Positions 34,572 to 42,742 of a DNA stretch of 64,000 nt are shown here, one piece after another (within the stretch, counting starts at the first letter, position 1; each line of letters begins with the position of its first letter). The position numbers and the translations under genes are program-made. This DNA comes from Escherichia virus TH40: the sequence record MT446411.1. One strand, 5' to 3'. Below the pieces are notes generated by a model. That model worked only from the letters and a program-made list of their open reading frames with translations, did no database searches and had not been told where the DNA came from.

Positions 34572-35360
34572 ATGGCAGTAGTAGGAATTCCCGGTTGGAT
34601 TGGAACATCAGCAGTGGCTGAAACAGGTCAACGTTGGATGACAGCAGCTTCTAGAGAATTGCGTCTTGGTAACCCATCTTGGATGTCGCAATTTGCTGGT
34701 CGGTCCCGTGAGATTATTCACACCCTTGGCGCAGACCACAACTTTAACGGGCAATGGTTTAGAGACCGTTGTTTTGAAGCCGGTGCCGCACCTATTGTGT
34801 TTAATATCACCGGTGATTTAGTATCTTATACTAAAGATGTTCCATTGTTCTTTATGTACGGTGATACCCCTAATGAATACGTTACTTTGAATATTCACGG
34901 CGGGGTCCATATGTGGGGACGTGGTGGTAACGGTGGGACCCGTGTTTGGATAGCAGGTACAAATGGTGGTGATGTAATTCAAAACGACATTGGAGGCCGA
35001 CTCCGTATCTGGAACTATGGCGTTATAGCTTCAGGTGGTGGCGGCGGCGCCGGATGTGCTTCAAATAACTCTTGGCTTGAAGCAGGTACAGCCGGTGGCG
35101 GCGGTGGTAGACCATATGGATTAGGTGGTACTAATGGCGCCGTAATGCCTGGCGGCAACGCTAGTTATACCGGACCAGGTGGCGGTGGTAGCTTTGGCGG
35201 ACAGTGGGGTGGTGGTAATGGTGGCGACGCAGGCGGGGCTGGTGGCGGCGCTTACGGTCGAAACGTTACATACGGCTCGCAAGGCGGAGCCGGGCGCGCG
35301 GTATTCGGAAGTTCTCCTTCATGGGGCGCGACAGGCACTATCTACGGCTCATGGTTATAG
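34572..35360 (+). CDS. 38: glycine-rich tail-fibre tip adhesin (T2-type gp38)
   Basis: 262 aa; conserved N-terminus [11 protein letters not shown]...[22 protein letters not shown] then poly-Gly blocks separating variable segments. Confidence 0.8.
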   Translation: MAVVGIPGWIGTSAVAETGQRWMTAASRELRLGNPSWMSQFAGRSREIIHTLGADHNFNGQWFRDRCFEAGAAPIVFNITGDLVSYTKDVPLFFMYGDTPNEYVTLNIHGGVHMWGRGGNGGTRVWIAGTNGGDVIQNDIGGRLRIWNYGVIASGGGGGAGCASNNSWLEAGTAGGGGGRPYGLGGTNGAVMPGGNASYTGPGGGGSFGGQWGGGNGGDAGGAGGGAYGRNVTYGSQGGAGRAVFGSSPSWGATGTIYGSWL

Positions 35361-35371
35361 TACATAAGCGC

Positions 35372-35379
35372 TATAAATA
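35372..35379 (+). promoter_or_regulatory. T4-type late promoter (TATAAATA) for holin
   Basis: Exact TATAAATA 19 bp upstream of ATG 35398, with AAGGAG SD between. Confidence 0.6.
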
Positions 35380-35397
35380 TCTTTAAAGGAGAAAAGT

Positions 35398-36051
35398 ATG
35401 GAACCAAAAGTAGGAATATCAATACCCGACCTACTTTTTGGACTTCTTGATAGAATTTTTAAAGATAATGCGACCGGGAAAGTTGTTTTTTCCCGGGTAC
35501 TAGTTATTGTTCTATTATTTTTAATGGCGGTAATCTGGTATAAAGGTGATGCACTTTTAGATGCGTACAGGGATGCTTCATATGCCTCATACACTGAAAT
35601 GATAAGGCAAGACCAGGATAACAGATTTAAAATTGCAGCTATCGAGCAAATCCAGATAGTCCACTCGTCAAGTGGAGCAGACTTTACAGCAATATATTCC
35701 TTTAGACCAACTAACCTTAACTACTTTGTGGATATGGTGGGATACGAGGGAATATTGCCTGATACAGTCGACGAAAAAAATTTAGGTGGGTTTCCAATAG
35801 ATAAGACTTCAGCGGAATATTTGGCGGGGGTTAATGGTAATTATTTTGAATCCAGTGTGGAATCTGTATTCTTACCAACAAAGAAAAAAAGCAGCTTCAC
35901 ATATATGTTCAGCTGCCCATTCTTTAATTTGGAAAACGTTTATGCAGGCACAGTCTCACTGTACTGGTATAAGCAAAAACCCGACCTTGGTTTTGATAGG
36001 CTTTCTTCTATGTGTGGACAAGCAGGTCGTACGCTCGGGCGTACACGTTAG
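35398..36051 (+). CDS. t: holin
   Basis: 217 aa; DLLFGLLDRIFKDNATGKV then one TM helix; YSFRPTNLNYFVD and FNLENVYAGT match T4 holin T as recalled. Confidence 0.9.
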   Translation: MEPKVGISIPDLLFGLLDRIFKDNATGKVVFSRVLVIVLLFLMAVIWYKGDALLDAYRDASYASYTEMIRQDQDNRFKIAAIEQIQIVHSSSGADFTAIYSFRPTNLNYFVDMVGYEGILPDTVDEKNLGGFPIDKTSAEYLAGVNGNYFESSVESVFLPTKKKSSFTYMFSCPFFNLENVYAGTVSLYWYKQKPDLGFDRLSSMCGQAGRTLGRTR

Positions 36052-36323
36052 AATCCGGAGGTATACATCATAAGATAACGGTGTATATCTTCGAATCCTT
36101 CGTTAAATTGTTCAATGATTTGTTCAATTTCATCTTCAGATAAACTTTTAAACAATTTGTTAAACGATACATTGTTTAACTCATTCCCATTCTCATTTCT
36201 CAATCCCAACTCATTCAAAAACGCGATAAACACATCGCGCTTCATCGTAATATCTTCCCGGTCGGTTTTAATCAAAATTGAAGTTATAGTAACAATTTCA
36301 GAAACGATTTCAAATTTAGTCAT
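36048..36323 (-). CDS. asiA: anti-sigma70 factor AsiA
   Basis: 91 aa; ILIKTDREDI...FIAFLNELG...EGFEDIHRYLMMYT resembles T4 AsiA as recalled. Confidence 0.85.
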   Translation of the reverse strand: MTKFEIVSEIVTITSILIKTDREDITMKRDVFIAFLNELGLRNENGNELNNVSFNKLFKSLSEDEIEQIIEQFNEGFEDIHRYLMMYTSGF

Positions 36324-36372
36324 TTTAATTTACTCAAGTATTCAATAAGACATTCAATTATTCAGTAAGGGT

Positions 36373-36401
36373 ATTATACTATTATTCCTCTGGGTTGTAC
36401 A
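36373..36401 (-). promoter_or_regulatory. sigma70-type early promoter upstream of asiA
   Basis: Minus strand GTGTACA, 17 bp, TATAAT. Confidence 0.5.
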
Positions 36402-36546
36402 CATGATTTTCCATCTGTACAACATATTCCTGATACATCTGTTCAACTGGTTCCTGGAACTTAAAATCAGCTCCAAGGAATTCCTCAAAGCAAGCCTGCT
36501 CGTGCGTACGTTGACCGGTGATGGTGTTCTCTAAGTTATGACTCAT
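36382..36546 (-). CDS. small acidic protein (54 aa)
   Basis: Hand-translated MSHNLENTITGQRTHEQACFEEFLGADFKFQEPVEQMYQEYVVQMENHVYNPEE; below track cut-off. Confidence 0.4.
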   Translation of the reverse strand: MSHNLENTITGQRTHEQACFEEFLGADFKFQEPVEQMYQEYVVQMENHVYNPEE

Positions 36547-36635
36547 AATGATTCCCTTTGTGCTTCTGCTTACGTTTGGACTGCATTTTGGTTTTCTTCT
36601 TGTCCTTATGGACAGACGCCTTATTGAAATCGTGC

Positions 36636-36914
36636 TTAGCTACCAGATTGTTCATGCAATTTCCTTAATTGATATTCAAGAGAACTGATAATTTCTTTAT
36701 TAGTTGCAATATACATATCACGTAGGAAGGGTTTCAGACCTTCTCTAACTCTATACGTGTTATCACTAATATCCTTTATATATTCATGGTCTAAAGCATC
36801 CCAAGCCGGCTGGTTAACATAAGTTCCCCAGTTGTCTTCCATCATAGTGTTCAGACGTTTGATATGATTGATATGGGTTTCGATTGCATCAATCTGGAGT
36901 TGTTTAAGGTTCAT
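36636..36914 (-). CDS. arn: Arn-position protein (92 aa)
   Basis: Length and position between asiA and motA match T4 arn; sequence not independently recognised. Confidence 0.55.
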   Translation of the reverse strand: MNLKQLQIDAIETHINHIKRLNTMMEDNWGTYVNQPAWDALDHEYIKDISDNTYRVREGLKPFLRDMYIATNKEIISSLEYQLRKLHEQSGS

Positions 36915-37525
36915 TAATAAAGGTCCTCTGAATAAAGTTCTTTTTCACTACCGCCACGTTCAATACGCACTTGATTTGCATAAGTCGCAATAATCATTGC
37001 TTCTTCGCGGGTCCAGTAATTGCTGTACTGGTCAATGAATCCTTGATTATCACCACAAACATGGTCTGACACAAGTTTATCACTTACTTGGTCAAGCACT
37101 TCTGCCATATCCTTGGAATAATGTCTGGCACCAGGAATAACCAGAGTCCCACCATCTTTTAACTTAAATCGGTTGGCGGCACATACAATCCGTCGCTGAT
37201 ATTTTTCATTGTTATTCCAATGCGCAATCTGCCAACAGATTTCCGGGACTTCTTCCAGAATATCTTTTTCATCGCATGTGTATCCATGTGCTTTAAATTT
37301 TTCAGCGAGGCTTTTGGGGGTTTCACGCGATTCTGGTGCTGGTAACATTTCTAAACGAGTGATAAACGGATTCATTTCACAATTACCTTCTTCATTATAT
37401 TCGGTGTAATCACCGTATGCATGTAATTTAGCAGCGAGACTTTCAGGAGTCTCCCGAGAAAGAGCTTTATCTAACAAGGCCATACGGTCTTTAAAGGATA
37501 ATGCTTTACCTTTTAATGGATTCAT
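36914..37525 (-). CDS. hypothetical protein with internal tandem repeat
   Basis: 203 aa; [16 protein letters not shown] / [16 protein letters not shown] repeat. Confidence 0.5.
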   Translation of the reverse strand: MNPLKGKALSFKDRMALLDKALSRETPESLAAKLHAYGDYTEYNEEGNCEMNPFITRLEMLPAPESRETPKSLAEKFKAHGYTCDEKDILEEVPEICWQIAHWNNNEKYQRRIVCAANRFKLKDGGTLVIPGARHYSKDMAEVLDQVSDKLVSDHVCGDNQGFIDQYSNYWTREEAMIIATYANQVRIERGGSEKELYSEDLY

Positions 37526-37869
37526 TTGAAAATCACCTTATAACCGTTATCTTTAGCGAATTCTTGAATTTTAGCGGCGGTTTCAATTAAATCACCTTTA
37601 TAATAGGATGATAATTTAATATCAACTGTTTTGCCTTCGCCATACGAAGTTATATTCACTTTTTCCGTAAAAATAAGCTCAAGAAATCGCAATAGCTGCA
37701 TACCAAATTCAAGAGTAACATTATCAATCTGGAGGTTAAGTTGATAAGTTTTCTTAATACCATTCACCAGGGCACAGCGCTCATCCCAAGCGTTACGTTG
37801 TTCTTCAATCAATTTAAGGGAATGACCTTCGCCATCCCAATTTAGTTCCATAGGAATCATTTGAACCAA
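37522..37869 (-). CDS. hypothetical protein
   Basis: 115-aa ORF, ATGA overlap. Confidence 0.45.
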   Translation of the reverse strand: MVQMIPMELNWDGEGHSLKLIEEQRNAWDERCALVNGIKKTYQLNLQIDNVTLEFGMQLLRFLELIFTEKVNITSYGEGKTVDIKLSSYYKGDLIETAAKIQEFAKDNGYKVIFK

Positions 37870-38189
37870 CCTTTAACACGTTGCCACAGACTTTTCTGTT
37901 GAGCTTTATTAACACCAATTGAGCGAATAACTGGTTGTGATTCCAGGTATTCTTTATAGTCAGCTTTATAGACTTCATATGCTGCTGGAACAAAGGCACC
38001 AATCGCCGCCATGAAGTTCTTGCGAGCACCAAATGGAGCTACTGCATCATCCTGGCGATGGATAAGATACTGACCAGCTTTGACCTTGACAATAGTCCCA
38101 AGGTAAGCGCCATGATACCAAACATCCCAACCCTCTTGAGTGGGTTCTACACAAGCACGCAATTCATTAACAATATTCAGCTTATTCAT
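37857..38189 (-). CDS. hypothetical protein
   Basis: 110-aa ORF in array. Confidence 0.45.
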   Translation of the reverse strand: MNKLNIVNELRACVEPTQEGWDVWYHGAYLGTIVKVKAGQYLIHRQDDAVAPFGARKNFMAAIGAFVPAAYEVYKADYKEYLESQPVIRSIGVNKAQQKSLWQRVKGWFK

Positions 38190-38196
38190 AATTTCC

Positions 38197-38805
38197 TCAC
38201 TTTAAGATGTTAATAACATGTTGAATGTTTTCAGTTGACATATGATTGTCAATGTAGGTATTCAATCCACCTACTTTAACGCTAAATCCCACGTCTGTAA
38301 ACTGTTTTACTATCTTTTGTTCAGTATTATACGCATGCACGCGAATCTGACCATCACGACGAACATCAATCTGTTTTAATGTCTTGACACGCTTGAACTT
38401 CACAATCAGATTGCTGCGGTCTTCTGAAATGCTCTTAAAGTCAATACCAATAGACAACAATTGCTCTTTGATATATTCTGCAGTCGCTTCCATTTCATCA
38501 GTCACACCGCGTTTTGTTCTTGTCTTCTTCACTTCCAGAAGGTCAGGATTATTTTCATTTGCCCAAAGTTCAGCTGCATCCAGAATAAGGTCAACACCTT
38601 TTTCTGTAACCATCAAACCATCACCAGAAGCTTCAACATAGTTGTTATTCAACAATGTCTGCACGCTATCAATTGACGTGTTCTGCTGGCCTAAAACAAC
38701 CTCAGGACGCACGAAGTTGTTTTTGTATACAAACACCAGAGCATTGACATCAGTCTCATGTAGAGCGTTCTGGGAGCATTTAACGATATAATTTAGCTTG
38801 TTCAT
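38197..38805 (-). CDS. motA: middle-transcription activator MotA
   Basis: 202 aa; position next to gene 52 and overall pattern resemble T4 MotA as recalled. Confidence 0.75.
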   Translation of the reverse strand: MNKLNYIVKCSQNALHETDVNALVFVYKNNFVRPEVVLGQQNTSIDSVQTLLNNNYVEASGDGLMVTEKGVDLILDAAELWANENNPDLLEVKKTRTKRGVTDEMEATAEYIKEQLLSIGIDFKSISEDRSNLIVKFKRVKTLKQIDVRRDGQIRVHAYNTEQKIVKQFTDVGFSVKVGGLNTYIDNHMSTENIQHVINILK

Positions 38806-38807
38806 AA

Positions 38808-39023
38808 TTATCCCTTAATAGATTTCATGTAATTTGATGCATATGATTGTACCACAGTACGTTTCATATGGGAAGTAGAAACAATAACATCAATCGCTTG
38901 TTTACGTTCTTCTTTAGAATTCGCCAGTTTGAACATATCAAAGTAGTAATAGCAAGCTTCTTTGTTAGATTTGAATTTAGCGTTAATGTATTCTTGACCT
39001 TCATTCTGTTGTGCAGTAAACAT
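38808..39023 (-). CDS. hypothetical protein (ATG at 39021-39023)
   Basis: Track start codon is TTG; the first ATG is preceded by TTGGAGAATAAA. Confidence 0.45.
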   Translation of the reverse strand: MFTAQQNEGQEYINAKFKSNKEACYYYFDMFKLANSKEERKQAIDVIVSTSHMKRTVVQSYASNYMKSIKG

Positions 39024-39072
39024 TTTATTCTCCAAAGTTTTTGTGATTCATTGTGTAACTCAGTATGGAATC

Positions 39073-39101
39073 ATTATGCATCAGGTCAAGGGTCATGTAC
39101 A
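39073..39101 (-). promoter_or_regulatory. sigma70-type early promoter (cassette subtype I)
   Basis: Minus strand TGTACA, 17 bp, CATAAT; conserved subtype I leader. Confidence 0.5.
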
Positions 39102-39126
39102 CTACTTTTTTAAATATTTTAAAATA

Positions 39127-39160
39127 AAAACTAGGACCCCGAAGGGTCCTAGTTTTTATC
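39127..39160. terminator. bidirectional rho-independent terminator
   Basis: Palindrome CTAGGACCCCGAAGGGTCCTAG with A-run on one side and T-run on the other. Confidence 0.55.
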
Positions 39161-39247
39161 TATCTTATTACCAATAAACATACCAACAATCACACCTGCG
39201 ATTGCCGCGAAAATACAAAGCAATGCAAACTCAACTCCAAAACTCAT
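39149..39247 (-). CDS. small hydrophobic peptide (32 aa)
   Basis: Hand-translated MSFGVEFALLCIFAAIAGVIVGMFIGNKIDKN; ATGA overlap with gene 52 stop; its stop codon lies within the terminator hairpin. Confidence 0.4.
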   Translation of the reverse strand: MSFGVEFALLCIFAAIAGVIVGMFIGNKIDKN

Positions 39248-40623
39248 AGAGCCTCCAAATCATTAAGGTACTCAGTTTTAACGTCAGTTGTCTTCCAGTA
39301 CTCATGCTCAGCTTTCTTAGCCTTAGCTTCGTCCGCAAGCTTCTTAGCTTCATCAGAGGTCATATGGTAGATGTTCATTGCCACTAACTTCTCTGCATAA
39401 TCGCCATATATTTCACTCGCCTGGAGCTCCTCAATCAACTTCTTACGAGGTTTCCCCTGGATAACAACCTTACCATCAATCACTTCTTTAATAAAGAAGA
39501 CTTTCGCGCGGGCCAGTTTAAATGCCGCTTCAGTTTCTTTAATCTTACTGTCAATTCGCACTTGGACATAAGTCTTACGGACATCAACGAAATCGCGAAT
39601 CAGGTCAAGCGTGTTGGTGTATTCAGCCAGTTTGCCTTTATGATTAAGCACCGTTAAGTTCTGGGAGAGCTTCTCAATCAGACCAAAGTCTTTCATGATT
39701 TTCTCATGATTTTCTTCTTCAGTGCCATCCAGCTTGTATTCCTTACGGAATTTAATCTTAAACCCAAAACCATGCTCGCCACAGTTATCTTTCCAGGTGA
39801 TAAAACCTTTCTCTTCCAGCGGGTCCAGGATTTTACTTGTATACTTTTCCAGGTTCCATTGGACCGGGATTTCAGTAATTTCCATTTGAGTCCTGGAAGT
39901 CATTTTGTACGTGCCATGAAGCTCATACTTACCAGGCTCTTCCAGCTCAACAACTTTACCACGGAATTCTGGATATTTTACTTTCGGAGCAACCGGCTCA
40001 CGACCTTCCACGATAGCTTTAACAGCTTCCTTGACGTCCTGGAACGAATGAGGAAGGATATCAGTAGCAAAGCCAACAGCAATCCCAGAAGTGGCGTTAA
40101 GTAATACAGTAGGAATAACAGGAAGATAAAAAGCAGGAGGCTTATGTTCTTCATCAGGATGGACCGGAGCATATTCTGTATCCTTAAACAAGTTATAAAA
40201 GTTCTTTGAAACCCTTGCGAATACATAACGAGCTGATGATGCTTCTGGCACCATTCTGGAACCAAAGTTACCTTGCCCATCAAACATAGGATATTCATTT
40301 TTATATGTTGCGACCAAACCAGAAGTTGCTTCTTCCGCTGATGCTTCACCATGGTGATAACCATAATCAGCTACGCCCCCTGCGATGGATGCAACCTTAT
40401 GGAATTTATTCTTATCACCACGTGCCAGGTCTAATGCTCTCGCCATAACAAATCTGTGAACTGGTTTAAAACCATCAATCATGTTTGGGATGGCACGACC
40501 TTCCACAGTGTAGATAGCATATGACAATGCTTCCACATCAATAATGTCTTTTAGACTGCGTGGGTTAAGGGTCCCCATGGAATCACTGAACTGTTTGGAC
40601 ATCATACTTAAAACGTCAGACAT
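39244..40623 (-). CDS. 52: DNA topoisomerase II medium subunit
   Basis: 459 aa; GyrA-like N-terminal region AIPNMIDGFKPVHRFV. Confidence 0.95.
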   Translation of the reverse strand: MSDVLSMMSKQFSDSMGTLNPRSLKDIIDVEALSYAIYTVEGRAIPNMIDGFKPVHRFVMARALDLARGDKNKFHKVASIAGGVADYGYHHGEASAEEATSGLVATYKNEYPMFDGQGNFGSRMVPEASSARYVFARVSKNFYNLFKDTEYAPVHPDEEHKPPAFYLPVIPTVLLNATSGIAVGFATDILPHSFQDVKEAVKAIVEGREPVAPKVKYPEFRGKVVELEEPGKYELHGTYKMTSRTQMEITEIPVQWNLEKYTSKILDPLEEKGFITWKDNCGEHGFGFKIKFRKEYKLDGTEEENHEKIMKDFGLIEKLSQNLTVLNHKGKLAEYTNTLDLIRDFVDVRKTYVQVRIDSKIKETEAAFKLARAKVFFIKEVIDGKVVIQGKPRKKLIEELQASEIYGDYAEKLVAMNIYHMTSDEAKKLADEAKAKKAEHEYWKTTDVKTEYLNDLEAL

Positions 40624-40631
40624 ATATCACC

Positions 40632-40772
40632 TTACCAGATTAACGAATGTACTGCCATTATAGCATCAGAAATAAAAAGCACAACCTGCACTAATGCAAA
40701 CACAACTCCATAATATAGCGCTACCAATAAGGCAGCAAGGGCTAACGAGTAGCCCAAGATTTTCTTAATCAT
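40632..40772 (-). CDS. small membrane protein (46 aa)
   Basis: Hand-translated MIKKILGYSLALAALLVALYYGVVFALVQVVLFISDAIMAVHSLIW; ends 9 bp before gene 52 ATG. Confidence 0.45.
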   Translation of the reverse strand: MIKKILGYSLALAALLVALYYGVVFALVQVVLFISDAIMAVHSLIW

Positions 40773-40773
40773 T
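40731..40773 (-). repeat. direct repeat A, copy 1 (5' end of the MIKKILGYSLALAA gene)
   Basis: 43 bp matching 40986..41028 with one mismatch. Confidence 0.8.
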
Positions 40774-40917
40774 TTTATCCAATAATTTAAATAGTGTTAA
40801 AGTCGCTAATACACCTTGAGCTGTTGACTGCAGAAATACTGAAGTTTCTCCAGTTATTAATGTTCCAACAAATAAAAATGACCAACAGAAAAAAGCTACG
40901 CCATGAACAAATTTCAT
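40765..40917 (-). CDS. small membrane protein (50 aa)
   Basis: Hand-translated MKFVHGVAFFCWSFLFVGTLITGETSVFLQSTAQGVLATLTLFKLLDKND; GAGGAAAAT SD. Confidence 0.45.
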   Translation of the reverse strand: MKFVHGVAFFCWSFLFVGTLITGETSVFLQSTAQGVLATLTLFKLLDKND

Positions 40918-40980
40918 ATTTTCCTCAAGGGCGCCCAAAGACGCCAGTTAATTTCAGATTATGACGATGCCATTGCATCG
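40915..40980 (-). repeat. direct repeat B, copy 1 (stop - hairpin - SD - ATG unit)
   Basis: 66 bp matching 41180..41245 with about 4 mismatches; contains GGCGCCCAAAGACGCC hairpin. Confidence 0.8.
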
Positions 40981-41027
40981 CTACAGGCAGCAAGGGCTAA
41001 CGAATAGCCCAAGATTTTCTTAATCAT
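40959..41027 (-). pseudogene. truncated duplicate of the MIKKILGYSLALAA small-membrane-protein gene (22 codons)
   Basis: Reads MIKKILGYSLALAACSDAMASS then stop; first 14 codons identical to the 40632..40772 gene. Confidence 0.4.
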
Positions 41028-41028
41028 T
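40986..41028 (-). repeat. direct repeat A, copy 2
   Basis: See copy 1. Confidence 0.8.
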
Positions 41029-41182
41029 GTTTAGCTAACCTAAGTAAACCAACAAAAGTAGAAATAACCCATGCAATAAACAATGCACCCATGAAGAAGG
41101 TACTTGGAGTCCAGACTCCTAAAAAGAAGCAGGTTGAACAAACAATAGCTATAATAAGTTCAATAAAAACTAGGATAATCAT
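41024..41182 (-). CDS. small membrane protein (52 aa)
   Basis: Hand-translated MIILVFIELIIAIVCSTCFFLGVWTPSTFFMGALFIAWVISTFVGLLRLAKQ; GAGGAAAAT SD. Confidence 0.45.
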   Translation of the reverse strand: MIILVFIELIIAIVCSTCFFLGVWTPSTFFMGALFIAWVISTFVGLLRLAKQ

Positions 41183-41245
41183 ATTTTCCTCAAGGGCGTC
41201 CAAAGACGCCAGTTAATTTAAGATTATGGCGATGCCATTGCATCA
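41180..41245 (-). repeat. direct repeat B, copy 2
   Basis: Contains perfect hairpin GGCGTCCAAAGACGCC (41195..41210). Confidence 0.8.
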
Positions 41246-41262
41246 CATGTTCATTATGGAAA

Positions 41263-41436
41263 TTACTCATATATACCACACATTTTACATAAACGTTCAA
41301 AACAGATATACCCACCACTAAAGCACATAGTAACAGCAACTTTATCATTAAATGGAGCACCAAAGGCTATAAAGGCTCCTGTAATAACAAATAGTGCTAA
41401 AACAAATAGGTAACCCATTGCGAAGAAATGTCTCAT
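41263..41436 (-). CDS. small membrane protein (57 aa from ATG 41434-41436)
   Basis: [31 protein letters not shown]...; ATG one nt after ndd stop. Confidence 0.45.
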   Translation of the reverse strand: MRHFFAMGYLFVLALFVITGAFIAFGAPFNDKVAVTMCFSGGYICFERLCKMCGIYE

Positions 41437-41437
41437 A

Positions 41438-41887
41438 TTAATAACTCTGCAGAATGAATTTAAAGTTATCAGCAAGCATGCGATTCATTTCTGAAAGGGT
41501 CTGGCAATCAGAACTATGCGAGCGAGTGAACGCCATCGCAATTTGACCTTTACCATAACCAGTTGTCAGAGGTTTCATTTTAGAAACTGGGACAAACAGG
41601 ACTTCATAGATAACCCCATTGTTCGCCATTGTGCGAGACAGTTGAGAACGCTGTTTGCGGATGTGGCTTAATACAGTGTCAAACCCTTGTTGTGAACGTT
41701 GGTTACCAACATAAAACCGTGCAGCAACAATACGTGATTCGCCTTCACCTTTAACCACGAAATAAAAACCTGGTTGAGTGATAGCTTCTTTAGTTGGGCG
41801 ACCTGCAACATAATTACCATTATGAATATAAGCAACAGTGGTAGCGCCAGCATTCAGTACGTCACGACGGGTCATGTAAGTAGTCAT
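41438..41887 (-). CDS. ndd: nucleoid disruption protein
   Basis: 149 aa; [28 protein letters not shown]...[12 protein letters not shown] matches T4 Ndd as recalled. Confidence 0.9.
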   Translation of the reverse strand: MTTYMTRRDVLNAGATTVAYIHNGNYVAGRPTKEAITQPGFYFVVKGEGESRIVAARFYVGNQRSQQGFDTVLSHIRKQRSQLSRTMANNGVIYEVLFVPVSKMKPLTTGYGKGQIAMAFTRSHSSDCQTLSEMNRMLADNFKFILQSY

Positions 41888-41931
41888 ATTAATTTCCTCA
41901 GTAAGTTAAAGTTTTTTGCTCCAGTGGGGTC

Positions 41932-41960
41932 ATTATACTCTGACCCCAAGAGTTTGTACA
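41932..41960 (-). promoter_or_regulatory. sigma70-type early promoter upstream of ndd (cassette subtype III)
   Basis: Minus strand TGTACA, 17 bp, TATAAT; -10 sits in loop of inverted repeat GGGGTCA/TGACCCC. Confidence 0.5.
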
Positions 41961-42308
41961 CTATTTTTGAAGTTGTTCTAAAATAAATCCGCTCGTATAA
42001 AAGGAAGCATTATACACCTTATTCAGCGGGGTCAAAGCGCGCTTATAGGTATTACGCAATTCTTTGATAACATTTTCATAACTCACGTAGTAAGCACTAT
42101 GATAATAACCTGGCTCCATACTCATACGAAATTTAATGAACCGATAAAAGCCTGTTTCCGGGTCTTGGACGAAAACGAAATCAGCACTCGTCATAACTTT
42201 TGGATGTACGTCAGGAATCATACTTTGATTGAATGCCTCCGACGCCTCCTGAAGGCTAATCTGTTTAAAGAACATAACTTTAGCATTACCAAAAAATACT
42301 TTAGACAT
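41961..42308 (-). CDS. hypothetical protein
   Basis: 115-aa ORF in array. Confidence 0.45.
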   Translation of the reverse strand: MSKVFFGNAKVMFFKQISLQEASEAFNQSMIPDVHPKVMTSADFVFVQDPETGFYRFIKFRMSMEPGYYHSAYYVSYENVIKELRNTYKRALTPLNKVYNASFYTSGFILEQLQK

Positions 42309-42335
42309 AATATTTTTCCCAGTAAGTAAACCTTT

Positions 42336-42482
42336 TTAAAGAACTTCTTCAATCTGAATGTACTTGCTGTAACCTTCCTCAATGAGGATATCCCGCGCAC
42401 AATTTGCGCTAATATACGCATTAAAACTAAGAGTTTTAATCACTTTACCATGAAGCTTTACTTTATAAATTCTATTGTCCAT
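42336..42482 (-). CDS. small protein (48 aa)
   Basis: Hand-translated MDNRIYKVKLHGKVIKTLSFNAYISANCARDILIEEGYSKYIQIEEVL; TTGAGGAAAATATT SD. Confidence 0.35.
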   Translation of the reverse strand: MDNRIYKVKLHGKVIKTLSFNAYISANCARDILIEEGYSKYIQIEEVL

Positions 42483-42496
42483 AATATTTTCCTCAA

Positions 42497-42742
42497 TTAT
42501 TCAGGGTCTACTGCGCCATCCCACAAGTCAACTTCTTCTGATGATTCCATCAGTTCATCAACTGTGAAGCACTCAGTATTATTTTCAATTGCAAAACGCT
42601 TCTGATAAAAAGGATAATCCAAACAGTTTTCAGTGCGCACGGGGCGCTCGCTGTTATCCATTAAAGGCGAAATGCGAATCAGTTGTTGACCATTACCCAG
42701 GACAAATTTTTCACCAACTGCAATGTCTTTAAAAAGTTTCAT
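42497..42742 (-). CDS. hypothetical protein
   Basis: 81-aa ORF in array. Confidence 0.45.
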   Translation of the reverse strand: MKLFKDIAVGEKFVLGNGQQLIRISPLMDNSERPVRTENCLDYPFYQKRFAIENNTECFTVDELMESSEEVDLWDGAVDPE

